Assembly: GCA_002430925.1 (NCBI GenBank)
Contig: DJDD01000131.1
Location: forward strand, 20,935-84,934
From: Flavobacteriales bacterium UBA5933
GTDB lineage: Bacteria; Bacteroidota; Bacteroidia; Flavobacteriales; Weeksellaceae
Direction of reading: 5' to 3'
Length of the DNA stretch: 64,000 bases
Shown here: one piece after another, positions 18,338 to 27,528 of the stretch
Numbering within the stretch: the first letter of the stretch is position 1
Layout: each line of letters begins with the position of its first letter
Program-made: the position numbers and the translations under genes
Notes under the pieces: generated by a model
Databases searched by the model: none
Told to the model about the DNA's origin: nothing
Seen by the model: the letters and a program-made list of their open reading frames with translations, nothing else

Positions 18338-19447
18338 ATGAGTTTTATTTACATTTTTATATTTACTTTTCTTGGTATAATGTCTTTTTTAGAATTTTCT
18401 AAAGAACAATCAAGTAAACAATTATATGTAATGATTGTTATAGTAATGGCTTTAACTGCTGGTTTTGGATATGCTTTAAGTCCTGATTGGCATGCTTATT
18501 ACGAAATATTTACATATTTGTCAATTACAAATTGGTCGAATTTTATTAGAATTGCAGATATGTCAGGGATGGAAAAAGGTTATTTATTTTTTAATAAAAT
18601 TTTAGTAGATTTCGGATTTGATTTTGGTATAATAACATTATTAATAGCTTCAATCTCTCTTTATTTAAAATCTTCTACATTTTATAAATATGGTGGTTTT
18701 CCTTTTTTTGTACTTTTTTTATATTCAATGCCAAACTTTATGTTTGAAGAACATGTTCATATAAGACAAGGTATAGCAAATGCGATTGCAGTATACTCAA
18801 TACGTTATATTATTGATAGGAATTTTCTTAAGTTTTTAATTTGTATAGTAATAGGTTATCAATTTCACGAAGCAATTATAGTTTTTATTTTAGCTTATTG
18901 GATAGCTCCAATGAAATTTAATGAAACAATAATGGGCTGGCTAGTACTTTTAGCTATTGTAGGATTTTATACGGGTCTAACTTCAATTATTGAAGTTGTA
19001 ATGAAATTTATGCCTATTGGACAAGATAAGTTTGAAAGCTATCAAAGTCAGTTAGGTGCTGATGGAGATGTAGCTGTAGGAGATTTTGTAAAAATAATTT
19101 CAGTATTATCGCTTATTATTTATAATAAGTATGCTGAACATGATAAATTATATTGTTATTTTAGAAATTTATTTATTGTTGGAGTTTTATTATATTTTTT
19201 CTTAGGAAAAGGTATTTTTGGAATTCGTTTACCAGGATTTTATCTTGTTTTTTTAGGTATGACTATTGGAAGAATGTTATATGTGTTTCAAGGAAGCACT
19301 TTTAAAAGGTACTTAATTTATTTTAGTTTTATATCATATACAATTTTATTGATTTTTTGGTTTCAGGTTAAGCAAGCACATAAATCAAATTTTGGTAATT
19401 ATAGAACTGTATTTAGTAAAGAAGCTGCTTACGGATTATGGAAATAG
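18338..19447 (+). CDS. EpsG-family polytopic membrane protein, candidate Wzy-type repeat-unit polymerase
   Basis: About 10 TM segments. The N-terminal region with SPDWHAYYEIF is typical of EpsG-like polymerases. Located between GT2 genes. Confidence 0.55.
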   Translation: MSFIYIFIFTFLGIMSFLEFSKEQSSKQLYVMIVIVMALTAGFGYALSPDWHAYYEIFTYLSITNWSNFIRIADMSGMEKGYLFFNKILVDFGFDFGIITLLIASISLYLKSSTFYKYGGFPFFVLFLYSMPNFMFEEHVHIRQGIANAIAVYSIRYIIDRNFLKFLICIVIGYQFHEAIIVFILAYWIAPMKFNETIMGWLVLLAIVGFYTGLTSIIEVVMKFMPIGQDKFESYQSQLGADGDVAVGDFVKIISVLSLIIYNKYAEHDKLYCYFRNLFIVGVLLYFFLGKGIFGIRLPGFYLVFLGMTIGRMLYVFQGSTFKRYLIYFSFISYTILLIFWFQVKQAHKSNFGNYRTVFSKEAAYGLWK

Positions 19448-20190
19448 ATTTGGTATCAATTATTACTCCTTGCTATAATTCAGAAAAATATATTAAAGAT
19501 ACATTTCTGTCAATCAAAGCTCAAACATATTCTAATTGGGAATGGATAATAGTAGATGACAGTTCTACAGATGATTCAGTCAATTTAATAAAATCTTTTA
19601 ATGATTCAAGAATAAAATTATTTGTTCAGTTAGAAAATCAAGGCGCAGCTCATGCTAGAAATTTAGCATTAAATAATGTTAAAGGTAGATTTATAACTTT
19701 TATTGATAGCGATGATTTATGGTTACCAAATTTTTTAGAAAAAACAATTAATTATCTTATTTTTAGTAAGGAAGATTTAGTTTATACTAGCTATAAGAGA
19801 GTTGATGAAAATTTAAATCCAATTTTAAATGATTTTATTGCTATAGATAAAGTTGACAAGAATAGAATATTATATAATTGTCCAATTCCAATGCTAACTT
19901 CAGTTTATGATAGTTCAAAAATTGGAATTGTAGAATTTCCGGATGTAGAATTAAGAGAAGACCATGCAATGTGGATAGTATTATTAAGAAAAATAAAGTA
20001 TGCTAGGGCAATAAATGATTCTCTTGCCGTTTATAGAATGAGAAGTAATTCAGTCTCTAGGAATAAATTAGATATTGCAATAAAACAATATAAAGTATAT
20101 AAAGATTTTCTGAATATGAATATAATAAAATCTCTTTATTATACTTTTTTTTGGGGACTTAATGGATTAAAAAAATATGGAAAACTTTAA
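19438..20190 (+). CDS. Glycosyltransferase family 2
   Basis: VSIITPCYNSEKYIKDTFLSIKAQTY...WIIVDDSSTDDS...TFIDSDD. Confidence 0.85.
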   Translation: MEIDLVSIITPCYNSEKYIKDTFLSIKAQTYSNWEWIIVDDSSTDDSVNLIKSFNDSRIKLFVQLENQGAAHARNLALNNVKGRFITFIDSDDLWLPNFLEKTINYLIFSKEDLVYTSYKRVDENLNPILNDFIAIDKVDKNRILYNCPIPMLTSVYDSSKIGIVEFPDVELREDHAMWIVLLRKIKYARAINDSLAVYRMRSNSVSRNKLDIAIKQYKVYKDFLNMNIIKSLYYTFFWGLNGLKKYGKL

Positions 20191-21271
20191 ATTATTAGAT
20201 TATTTATACTCACTAAGTATTTCTCCTATTTTTATAAATATTATTGGAGCTTTTTTTACAGCTTTGTTTATTACATTGATTTCAATTCCTAAAATAATTA
20301 GAATTTCTATCAGAAAGGGATTAATGGATGTTCCAGGAGATAGAAGTTCACATAGTAATAAAGTTCCTACATTAGGAGGAGTTGCATTATTTTTTGGAAT
20401 TGTAGTTTCTACGTCAATATTTTCTACAGGATTAGGAGTAAACTATTCATTTTTTTTATCAGCGATTACAATATTATTTTTTATAGGATTAATGGATGAT
20501 TTATTAGTAGTGGCACCAGATAAAAAATTATATGGACAAATCATAAGTACTATACTAATAATATTTGGATCAGGTATAATGATAAACTCATTTTCTGGAT
20601 TATTTGGGATTTATAAATTGCCTTACTTTGTTGGAGTATTATTAACCCTTTTTATATTTATTGTATTAATAAATGCATATAATTTAATTGATGGTATAGA
20701 TGGTTTAGCTACTGGTATAGGTATAGTAATTAGTTTATGTTTTGTATATATATTTTATAGAATTTTTGATTACTCAATTGGTGTTTTAGCAATTAGTACA
20801 ATTGCTGTTTTAATTGGTTTTGGTAGGTATAATTTATCTAAAAATTATAAAATTTTTATGGGGGATACAGGTTCAATGGTTATAGGATTTATATTAACTT
20901 TTATGGCTATTAGATTTTTATATATTAGTGAAACTTCTAATTTAGGATTAAAAACCGGTCCAGTCCTATTGTTATTTATTTTTGTAATTCCAGTTATTGA
21001 TACAATATCAGTTTTCACAATTAGATTATTACAAGGTAAAAGTCCATTTGCTCCCGATAAAAATCATTTACATCATCAATTTATTAAGTTAGGTTTTTCT
21101 CATATTCAAACATCAGTAACATTAGTATTTGTTAACATATTTTTTGTCATCATTGGGTATTTATTAAGAAATATTGAAATTAATCTATTACTTTTGTTTT
21201 TCATTATATTATCATCTTTGTTTATAATAATATTGAGATATATAGTATATTCAAAAATTAAAAAAAACTAA
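20177..21271 (+). CDS. Polyprenyl-phosphate HexNAc-1-phosphate transferase (MraY/WecA family, polytopic initiating enzyme)
   Basis: DVPGDRSSHSNKVPTLGG, GLMDD, NAYNLIDGIDGLA and a FMGDTGS-type block, with about 10 TM segments. Confidence 0.8.
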   Translation: MENFKLLDYLYSLSISPIFINIIGAFFTALFITLISIPKIIRISIRKGLMDVPGDRSSHSNKVPTLGGVALFFGIVVSTSIFSTGLGVNYSFFLSAITILFFIGLMDDLLVVAPDKKLYGQIISTILIIFGSGIMINSFSGLFGIYKLPYFVGVLLTLFIFIVLINAYNLIDGIDGLATGIGIVISLCFVYIFYRIFDYSIGVLAISTIAVLIGFGRYNLSKNYKIFMGDTGSMVIGFILTFMAIRFLYISETSNLGLKTGPVLLLFIFVIPVIDTISVFTIRLLQGKSPFAPDKNHLHHQFIKLGFSHIQTSVTLVFVNIFFVIIGYLLRNIEINLLLLFFIILSSLFIIILRYIVYSKIKKN

Positions 21272-21280
21272 TCATAATAA

Positions 21281-22066
21281 ATGTTTTACTTTAAATCAAC
21301 TCTAACCAAATCATTAATTTTATTGATTTTATTTAATTTATTCTCTTGTATTTCCTTAAAGGATGTTCAGTTAATACAACCTGATAAAAATCTTAAATTA
21401 GATAAAAAAGGCTATATAGAATTTGATAAGCCAGAATATCATATTCAAGTGAATGATCAAATTTTAATTAATGTAGCTACTTCTTCAGGTGAATCAATGG
21501 GAATCCTTAGTAGTTTTATCACTGCTGGGAATAATACAACTTCAGGTAGAGGCGTATATGTACGTCAAGACGGAAATATAGAATTACCTCGAATTGGTAA
21601 AATTAAATTAGAAGGTTTGACTCTAGAAGAGGCGAGAAAAGCTGTTCAAAAAGAATTTTATAAGATATATGATGAAAAAGGAACTTATATTGATGTTAAT
21701 CTTTCAGGAATTGAATACACAATTGTAGGTGAGGCTGGTCAGGGAGTTTTTAGATCTATAAAAAAGAAAGTTACATTATTGGATGCATTTGCTCAGTCTG
21801 GTTCAAATCATATTTATGCAGATTTAAAAAATGTGCGTATTATAAGATCAGAATCTGATGGAACAAAACAAGTTTATGTAGACTTAACAAAAGAAACAGT
21901 AATGAATTCTGAATATTATTGGGTTCAGAATAATGATATAATAGTTGTTAATCCTCGTAAACAAAAAATATGGGGTATAGGATTGAATCCATTATCAGTT
22001 GTAACAACAATTATGGGTGCTATAGCTACAATTTTAGGGGTTTATTTATTTTTTGATAGATTATAA
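21281..22066 (+). CDS. wza: Polysaccharide export outer-membrane lipoprotein, Wza family
   Basis: Lipobox LFSC, followed by a polysaccharide-export-type region (YHIQVNDQILINV...GNIELPRIGKIKLEGLTLEEARKAV). Located directly upstream of the Wzc-like gene. Confidence 0.75.
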   Translation: MFYFKSTLTKSLILLILFNLFSCISLKDVQLIQPDKNLKLDKKGYIEFDKPEYHIQVNDQILINVATSSGESMGILSSFITAGNNTTSGRGVYVRQDGNIELPRIGKIKLEGLTLEEARKAVQKEFYKIYDEKGTYIDVNLSGIEYTIVGEAGQGVFRSIKKKVTLLDAFAQSGSNHIYADLKNVRIIRSESDGTKQVYVDLTKETVMNSEYYWVQNNDIIVVNPRKQKIWGIGLNPLSVVTTIMGAIATILGVYLFFDRL

Positions 22067-24537
22067 TGAGTACAGATATTAAAGAAAAAAATACTAAAAA
22101 AAATAAATCAGAATTTTTAGATATTGAAAGATTAATTCCAAGACTTATAAATTCTTGGCCATTGTATATAATCTCTATTTTAATAGCTTTATCTGTAGCT
22201 TTTTATTTAAATAATTGGAAATTAAATAAAATTTATTCAGCTAATACGACTTTTAAAATTAAAGACAATAATTCAAATAACAATAACCTTGCATCAAATT
22301 CAATTAATTTTATTTGGGGAGGAAATGCAAATAAAATTGATGGACTATCCTATACATTAACTTCTCGTATACATAATGAAAAAGTTGTTAAAAAAACAGA
22401 GTCTTATATTTTTTATTACGAGGAAGGTCGTTTTAAAAAATCTGACATATATAAATTAGATGCTCCTTTTCATGTTCATATAGATACTTTATATCAGCAA
22501 ATCGCTAATGTTGAAATTAAAGTTAAACCGAAAGATAATAAATCATTTTATTTAGAAACAGAAAATAATAGTGGTTCATTATATAATTTTTCAAAGGATA
22601 GTATTATAAAATCAGATATAATCAATTTACCAAAGGTTGGATATTATGATCAATGGATTATTGGTAAAAATTATAAATTAAAATTAACACGTTCAAATTT
22701 ACCTTTTACGAATAGTTCATTTTCGTTTAAACTTGTTCCCATTCAACAAGCAACATCTAGAGCGACAAGAAATTTTAATGTTTCAAATCCTTCAAAAATA
22801 TCTAGTATTATAGCGGTATCTAAAAATGCAGAAAGTCTTAATGAAGCAGTAGATATTTTAAATAATTCTATTCGTGTTTTAATCGAAAATGAATTGGCAG
22901 AAAGGAATCTTTCAGCATTTCAGACGAGAAAATATTTGCAAGAAAGAATAGCAACGGTCAAATTAAAGTTGGATAGTGCTACTAACCAATTACAAGAGTT
23001 ACAAAAACGAACAGGTGTTTATAATTTCAATACAAAAAAAAGTGAAATATTAACTACTTTATCGGATTTAGATAAACAAAGAATACAAATTCAGGAAAGA
23101 ATTAGTGCATTATATCGTTTAATGCCTAAAAAATCGAGTAGTGTAGAAAATTTAATAGCTTTAAATATAGCAGGTCTAGATGTTTCATATTATATGTCTA
23201 ATGTTGATAAATTAGATGGACTTGAAAATCAGAAAATTCAAATGCTAAAAGTTTATAAGCCTAATGCAGATGAAATAAAAGATATAGAACAAAAGATAGC
23301 AAAAACAAGAAATGATATATCAAATATAGTTAATGCTCATCTTGAAAAATTGAATACAGATTTATCTACTATTAATTCTAAATTATCAGAAACAGAGTTT
23401 AAAGCGAAAGATTTACCTTATGAGGAAATTGAATTTGTTGAAGCAAATAGAGGTTTTGATTTAAATAGTAATTTATATTCAACCTTGATCAATCAGTTGA
23501 ATACAACAGATTTATCTTTAGCTTCAATAGTTTCAGATATTACAATTATTGATCCAGCAAAAAATCAAAATCAAGGATCAATTTATCCTAATACTAGAAA
23601 TAATTATTTAATAGCATTAGCAATTGGATTTATTATACCTTTTGTATTTGTAATAATAAAAGAGTTATTAGATTTTAAAGTTAAAGTTGTAAAAGATATT
23701 ACGTCTCGTACAAACATTCCTGTTCTTGGATTAGTAGGTGCTTTAGGAGATAATTCTCCATTAGTGGTTATTAATAATCCTAAATCAGGTATATCGGAAT
23801 CTTTTAGATCTATTCGATCTAATTTAAAATTTTTATATAAATCTCCTGCTTTAAATGAGACAAATAAAACAATATTAGTTACATCATTTATTGGTGGGGA
23901 AGGTAAAACTTTTAATTCTATGAATATAGCCAGTACGATAGGTTCTATGGATAAGAAAACAGTACTTATTGGACTTGATTTAAGAAAACCAAAGATTTTT
24001 GATGATTTTAATATTAATAATAGAATAGGTGTAACTGATTTTGTTGCAGGTGATATAGAGTTGAATAAAATTGTACAACGTACTATTCTCCCTAATCTAG
24101 ATATTATTACTGCAGGGCCTATCCCTCCAAATCCTTCTGAGTTGATTTTGAGTGAAAGAATGGAGAAATTATTTTCTGAATTAAAAAGCGTTTATGATTA
24201 TATTATTATAGACTCTCCACCAATTGGACTTGTAACGGATTCTTATGATTTAATGAAATTTGCAGATTGTACTTTATATGTTACGCGTTACAATTATTCA
24301 GAAAAGAATTTTATAAATACTATTTCTAATAAATACGATGAGGGAGAAATCTCTAATGTTGGTATTATATTTAATGATTTTCAAATTAAATCTGGTTACG
24401 GCTATGGTTACGGTTACGGTTACGGTTACGGCTACGGCTACGGTTATGGTTATTTTACCGAGGATGAGGCTTTTGATAATTCTACTTTAGGAAAGATTAA
24501 AAGATTATTTCAAAGAATTAAAGAAAAATTATTTTAA
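22066..24537 (+). CDS. wzc: Wzc-like polysaccharide co-polymerase/BY-tyrosine kinase (GumC/Wzz N-domain plus C-terminal kinase)
   Basis: Two TM segments flank a long coiled-coil periplasmic region. Kinase domain: Walker A GGEGKT, A' LIGLDLRKP, Walker B YIIIDSPP. The tyrosine-rich tail is (GY)10. Confidence 0.85.
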   Translation: MSTDIKEKNTKKNKSEFLDIERLIPRLINSWPLYIISILIALSVAFYLNNWKLNKIYSANTTFKIKDNNSNNNNLASNSINFIWGGNANKIDGLSYTLTSRIHNEKVVKKTESYIFYYEEGRFKKSDIYKLDAPFHVHIDTLYQQIANVEIKVKPKDNKSFYLETENNSGSLYNFSKDSIIKSDIINLPKVGYYDQWIIGKNYKLKLTRSNLPFTNSSFSFKLVPIQQATSRATRNFNVSNPSKISSIIAVSKNAESLNEAVDILNNSIRVLIENELAERNLSAFQTRKYLQERIATVKLKLDSATNQLQELQKRTGVYNFNTKKSEILTTLSDLDKQRIQIQERISALYRLMPKKSSSVENLIALNIAGLDVSYYMSNVDKLDGLENQKIQMLKVYKPNADEIKDIEQKIAKTRNDISNIVNAHLEKLNTDLSTINSKLSETEFKAKDLPYEEIEFVEANRGFDLNSNLYSTLINQLNTTDLSLASIVSDITIIDPAKNQNQGSIYPNTRNNYLIALAIGFIIPFVFVIIKELLDFKVKVVKDITSRTNIPVLGLVGALGDNSPLVVINNPKSGISESFRSIRSNLKFLYKSPALNETNKTILVTSFIGGEGKTFNSMNIASTIGSMDKKTVLIGLDLRKPKIFDDFNINNRIGVTDFVAGDIELNKIVQRTILPNLDIITAGPIPPNPSELILSERMEKLFSELKSVYDYIIIDSPPIGLVTDSYDLMKFADCTLYVTRYNYSEKNFINTISNKYDEGEISNVGIIFNDFQIKSGYGYGYGYGYGYGYGYGYGYFTEDEAFDNSTLGKIKRLFQRIKEKLF
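24394..24453 (+). repeat. In-frame hexanucleotide tandem repeat (GGY-TAY)x10 encoding (Gly-Tyr)10 in the Wzc tail
   Basis: Read directly: ggttac ggctat ggttac ggttac ggttac ggttac ggctac ggctac ggttat ggttat. Confidence 0.95.
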
Positions 24538-24545
24538 TTTTAAAA

Positions 24546-25127
24546 ATGTTAATTAAACATATATTTGATTATATATTAGCTTTAATCCTACTATTTTTTT
24601 TAGTAGGATTAATTGTTTTATTAACTATTATAACATCATTTGATACTAAAAGTTTTGGAATTTTTGCTCAAAATAGGGTAGGTAAGAATGCAAAAGTCTT
24701 TAAAATTTATAAATTAAAAACGATGATAGATGGGTCATCTTCATCAATCACAACCAATAAGCATTCAATTACAAAATTTGGTAGAATTCTTCGAAAATAT
24801 AAATTAGATGAATTACCTCAATTATTTAATATCTTAAAAGGTGATATGAGCTTTGTTGGTCCAAGGCCAGATGTTATTGGGTATGCAGATAATTTAAAAG
24901 GTGATGATTGTATTATTTTAAGTATAAAACCAGGTATTACAGGTCCAGCACAAATAAAATATCGAAACGAACAACAAATTCTTTCGGAAGTAGAAAATCC
25001 AAAAGAGTATAATGATAAAATTTTATGGCCAGATAAAGTAAGAATTAATAAAGATTATGTTTCAAATTGGTCTTTTAAAAAAGATTTACAATATATATAC
25101 AGAACAATAATAAAAAAGGAGAATTAA
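24546..25127 (+). CDS. Small monotopic phosphoglycosyl transferase (bacterial sugar transferase, PglC/WbaP C-terminal type)
   Basis: N-terminal re-entrant helix, KLKTM, and the DELPQLFNILKGDMSFVGPRP signature. Confidence 0.9.
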   Translation: MLIKHIFDYILALILLFFLVGLIVLLTIITSFDTKSFGIFAQNRVGKNAKVFKIYKLKTMIDGSSSSITTNKHSITKFGRILRKYKLDELPQLFNILKGDMSFVGPRPDVIGYADNLKGDDCIILSIKPGITGPAQIKYRNEQQILSEVENPKEYNDKILWPDKVRINKDYVSNWSFKKDLQYIYRTIIKKEN

Positions 25128-25146
25128 TAATTTAATTCTCCTTTTT
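25112..25146. terminator. Bidirectional rho-independent terminator between the polysaccharide locus and the carboxyltransferase gene
   Basis: AAAAAA-GGAGAATT-aataattt-AATTCTCC-TTTTT. The A-run and T-run allow termination on both strands. The left arm overlaps the last codons of 24546..25127. Confidence 0.7.
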
Positions 25147-25154
25147 ATTTGATA

Positions 25155-26783
25155 TTATACTTGTATAATTCCTAGATTGAATTGTTTTTCTATAGGAGCA
25201 TTATTTGCAGCTTCAATTCCATTAGAAATCCATTTTCTTGTATCTAAAGGATTAATAATTCCATCAGTCCATAATCTTGCTGCAGCGTAATACGGGCTGG
25301 TTTGATCATCATATTTTGATTTAATTTCTTCAAGAAGTTCATGTTTTTTTATTTCATCAATTTCAACTCCTTGTTTCATTAATTTAGCTTCTTCAATTTG
25401 TAAAAGAACTTTTGCAGCTTGTTCTCCTCCCATAACAGCTAATTGTGCAGATGGCCAAGCAACAATTAATCTTGGGTCATAAGCTTTTCCACACATGGCA
25501 TAATTTCCTGCTCCGTATGAATTTCCAATTATAATCGTAAATTTAGGAACAACAGAGTTAGAAACAGCATTTACCATTTTTGCTCCATCCTTTATAATTC
25601 CTCCGTGTTCTGATTTTGAGCCAACCATAAAACCTGTAACATCTTGTAAGAAAACTAAAGGAATCTTTTTTTGATTACAGTTTGCGATAAAACGAGTTGC
25701 TTTATCAGCAGAGTCGGAATATATAACTCCACCAAATTGCATTCCTTCTTTTTTAGATTTTATAATTTTTCGTTGATTGGCTATAATTCCAACAGCCCAA
25801 CCATCAATACGAGCATATGTACAAATGATAGATTTACCATAATCTGCTTTGTATTCATCAAATTCAGAATTATCAACAATTCTCTTTATGATTTCATACA
25901 TATCATATTGTTCATTTCTTAATTCGGGCAGAATTCCAAAAATTTCTTTTTCTTCTAATGCAGGCTTTTGAGCTTCAACTCGATTAAAACCAGCTTTTTC
26001 AAAGTTACCAATTTTTCCAACAATAGATTTTATTCTATCTAATGCATCTTTATCATCTTTTGCTTTATAATCTGTGACACCAGAAATTTCACAGTGAGTA
26101 GTTGCACCTCCTAAAGTTTCATTATCAATATTTTCTCCAATAGCAGCTTTTACTAAATAACTTCCTGCTAAAAATATAGAACCTGTTTTATCAACAATCA
26201 TAGCTTCATCGCTCATAATAGGTAGATATGCTCCTCCTGCTACACAACTTCCCATTATAGCAGAAATTTGAGTAATTCCCATTGATGACATGATTGCATT
26301 GTTTCTGAAAATACGGCCAAAATTTTCCTTATCAGGGAAAATTTCATCTTGCATAGGTAAATAAACCCCTGCACTATCAACCAAATATATAATTGGTAAT
26401 TTATTTTCAATAGATATTTCTTGTGCTCTAAGATTTTTTTTACCTGTAATAGGAAACCATGCTCCAGCTTTTACAGTTGCATCATTAGCTACAACAATGC
26501 ATTGTTTGCCTGATATAAAACCTATTTTTACAACTACACCTCCAGATGGACATCCTCCTTCTTCTTGATACATTCCATCACCAGCTAAAGCTCCAATTTC
26601 AATTGAATCTTTATCCTTATCTAAAAGATAATCAATACGCTCTCGAGCACTTAATTTTCCTTTCTCATGTAATGTATCAATTCTCTTTTGTCCTCCTCCT
26701 AAGTATACTTTTTTTAATTTTATTTCTAATTTGGAAAGTAAAAGTTTGTTATGATCTTCTCTCTTATTAAAAGTTAAATCCAT
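25155..26783 (-). CDS. Acyl-CoA carboxylase carboxyltransferase (beta) subunit, methylcrotonyl-/propionyl-CoA carboxylase type
   Basis: 542 aa with two carboxyltransferase halves: GGGQKRIDTLHEKGKLSARERI, SMGITQISAIMGSCVAGGAY, DVTGFMVGSKSEHGGIIKDGAKM. Confidence 0.85.
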   Translation of the reverse strand: MDLTFNKREDHNKLLLSKLEIKLKKVYLGGGQKRIDTLHEKGKLSARERIDYLLDKDKDSIEIGALAGDGMYQEEGGCPSGGVVVKIGFISGKQCIVVANDATVKAGAWFPITGKKNLRAQEISIENKLPIIYLVDSAGVYLPMQDEIFPDKENFGRIFRNNAIMSSMGITQISAIMGSCVAGGAYLPIMSDEAMIVDKTGSIFLAGSYLVKAAIGENIDNETLGGATTHCEISGVTDYKAKDDKDALDRIKSIVGKIGNFEKAGFNRVEAQKPALEEKEIFGILPELRNEQYDMYEIIKRIVDNSEFDEYKADYGKSIICTYARIDGWAVGIIANQRKIIKSKKEGMQFGGVIYSDSADKATRFIANCNQKKIPLVFLQDVTGFMVGSKSEHGGIIKDGAKMVNAVSNSVVPKFTIIIGNSYGAGNYAMCGKAYDPRLIVAWPSAQLAVMGGEQAAKVLLQIEEAKLMKQGVEIDEIKKHELLEEIKSKYDDQTSPYYAAARLWTDGIINPLDTRKWISNGIEAANNAPIEKQFNLGIIQV

Positions 26784-26834
26784 TTAGGTTTACTATTTAT
26801 TTATAGGCCTAAACTAATGATTTTTATTCGTAAT

Positions 26835-27440
26835 CTAAAATGAAATTTTAGTATTAGAATAGGAATGTAAAAATGCTTTACAATGGTTAATAAGCTTTGG
26901 ATAAAATAAAAGAAAATCATTTTCTAACGAAGTATAATTTTTTTCAAATTCAGGAATGATATGATCTAAATTATTCTCAAATTTAGATTGTTTTCCAACT
27001 CCTTTCAATGTTTTTTGAACACCTTCTATGCTTTTATAATTTTCGAACCAGTCATATTTTATAAGATAAGATATTTTAATTTGTAACTTTTCAGGTAGAT
27101 TTTCATATCTATCTTGAAAAAGTTGATAGCAATTGTTCTTAAATGTATTAAAAGGAACTTTTGAAAATAAATGCCAATGTTTGATTAAAAAATAATCATA
27201 AATTACATCAATAATTATAGGAGAAAATTTGTGTTGGGATGCATGAAAATAACTAGCACTTTTTTTTACTATTTCATGAGAATCTGTAAATGAATCAATC
27301 TCTCTATGTAATAGAATTCCAATTTTTATTTTATCAGGAAAAGTTAAATATTTATTTCCTTTAATAATATCTCCAAGCAAATTGCCTATTTGTAGGTCTT
27401 TGTTGTCGAAGGATAATAATTGATGCGCTACTAAATTCAT
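26835..27440 (-). CDS. acpH: Acyl carrier protein phosphodiesterase
   Basis: MNLVAHQLLS...GNLLGDIIKGN...HREIDSFTDSH...DVIYDYFL aligns by eye with E. coli AcpH (MNFLAHLHLA...GNLLADFVRGN...HRRIDVLTD). Confidence 0.75.
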   Translation of the reverse strand: MNLVAHQLLSFDNKDLQIGNLLGDIIKGNKYLTFPDKIKIGILLHREIDSFTDSHEIVKKSASYFHASQHKFSPIIIDVIYDYFLIKHWHLFSKVPFNTFKNNCYQLFQDRYENLPEKLQIKISYLIKYDWFENYKSIEGVQKTLKGVGKQSKFENNLDHIIPEFEKNYTSLENDFLLFYPKLINHCKAFLHSYSNTKISF

Positions 27441-27528
27441 ACATTTAAATTGACGAATAAAGGTAATATTTTTTACGCTAATATTTTGTTATATAATAAT
27501 CAAATAATAGTAAAAAAAAGAACCATTT

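Noticed and set aside
24394-24453. Possible CRISPR or other non-coding array at the GGTTAC repeat.
   Set aside because: The units are 6 nt, contiguous, without spacers, and in frame within the Wzc kinase tail. It is a coding microsatellite, not a CRISPR array. No CRISPR-like repeat-spacer pattern was seen anywhere in the window.
4358-25154. The polysaccharide locus as a mobile genomic island, or as a phase-variable invertible-promoter locus of the Bacteroides type.
   Set aside because: I found no integrase, transposase, tRNA target, flanking direct repeats, or inverted repeats bracketing the candidate promoters. Lower GC alone is typical of glycan loci.
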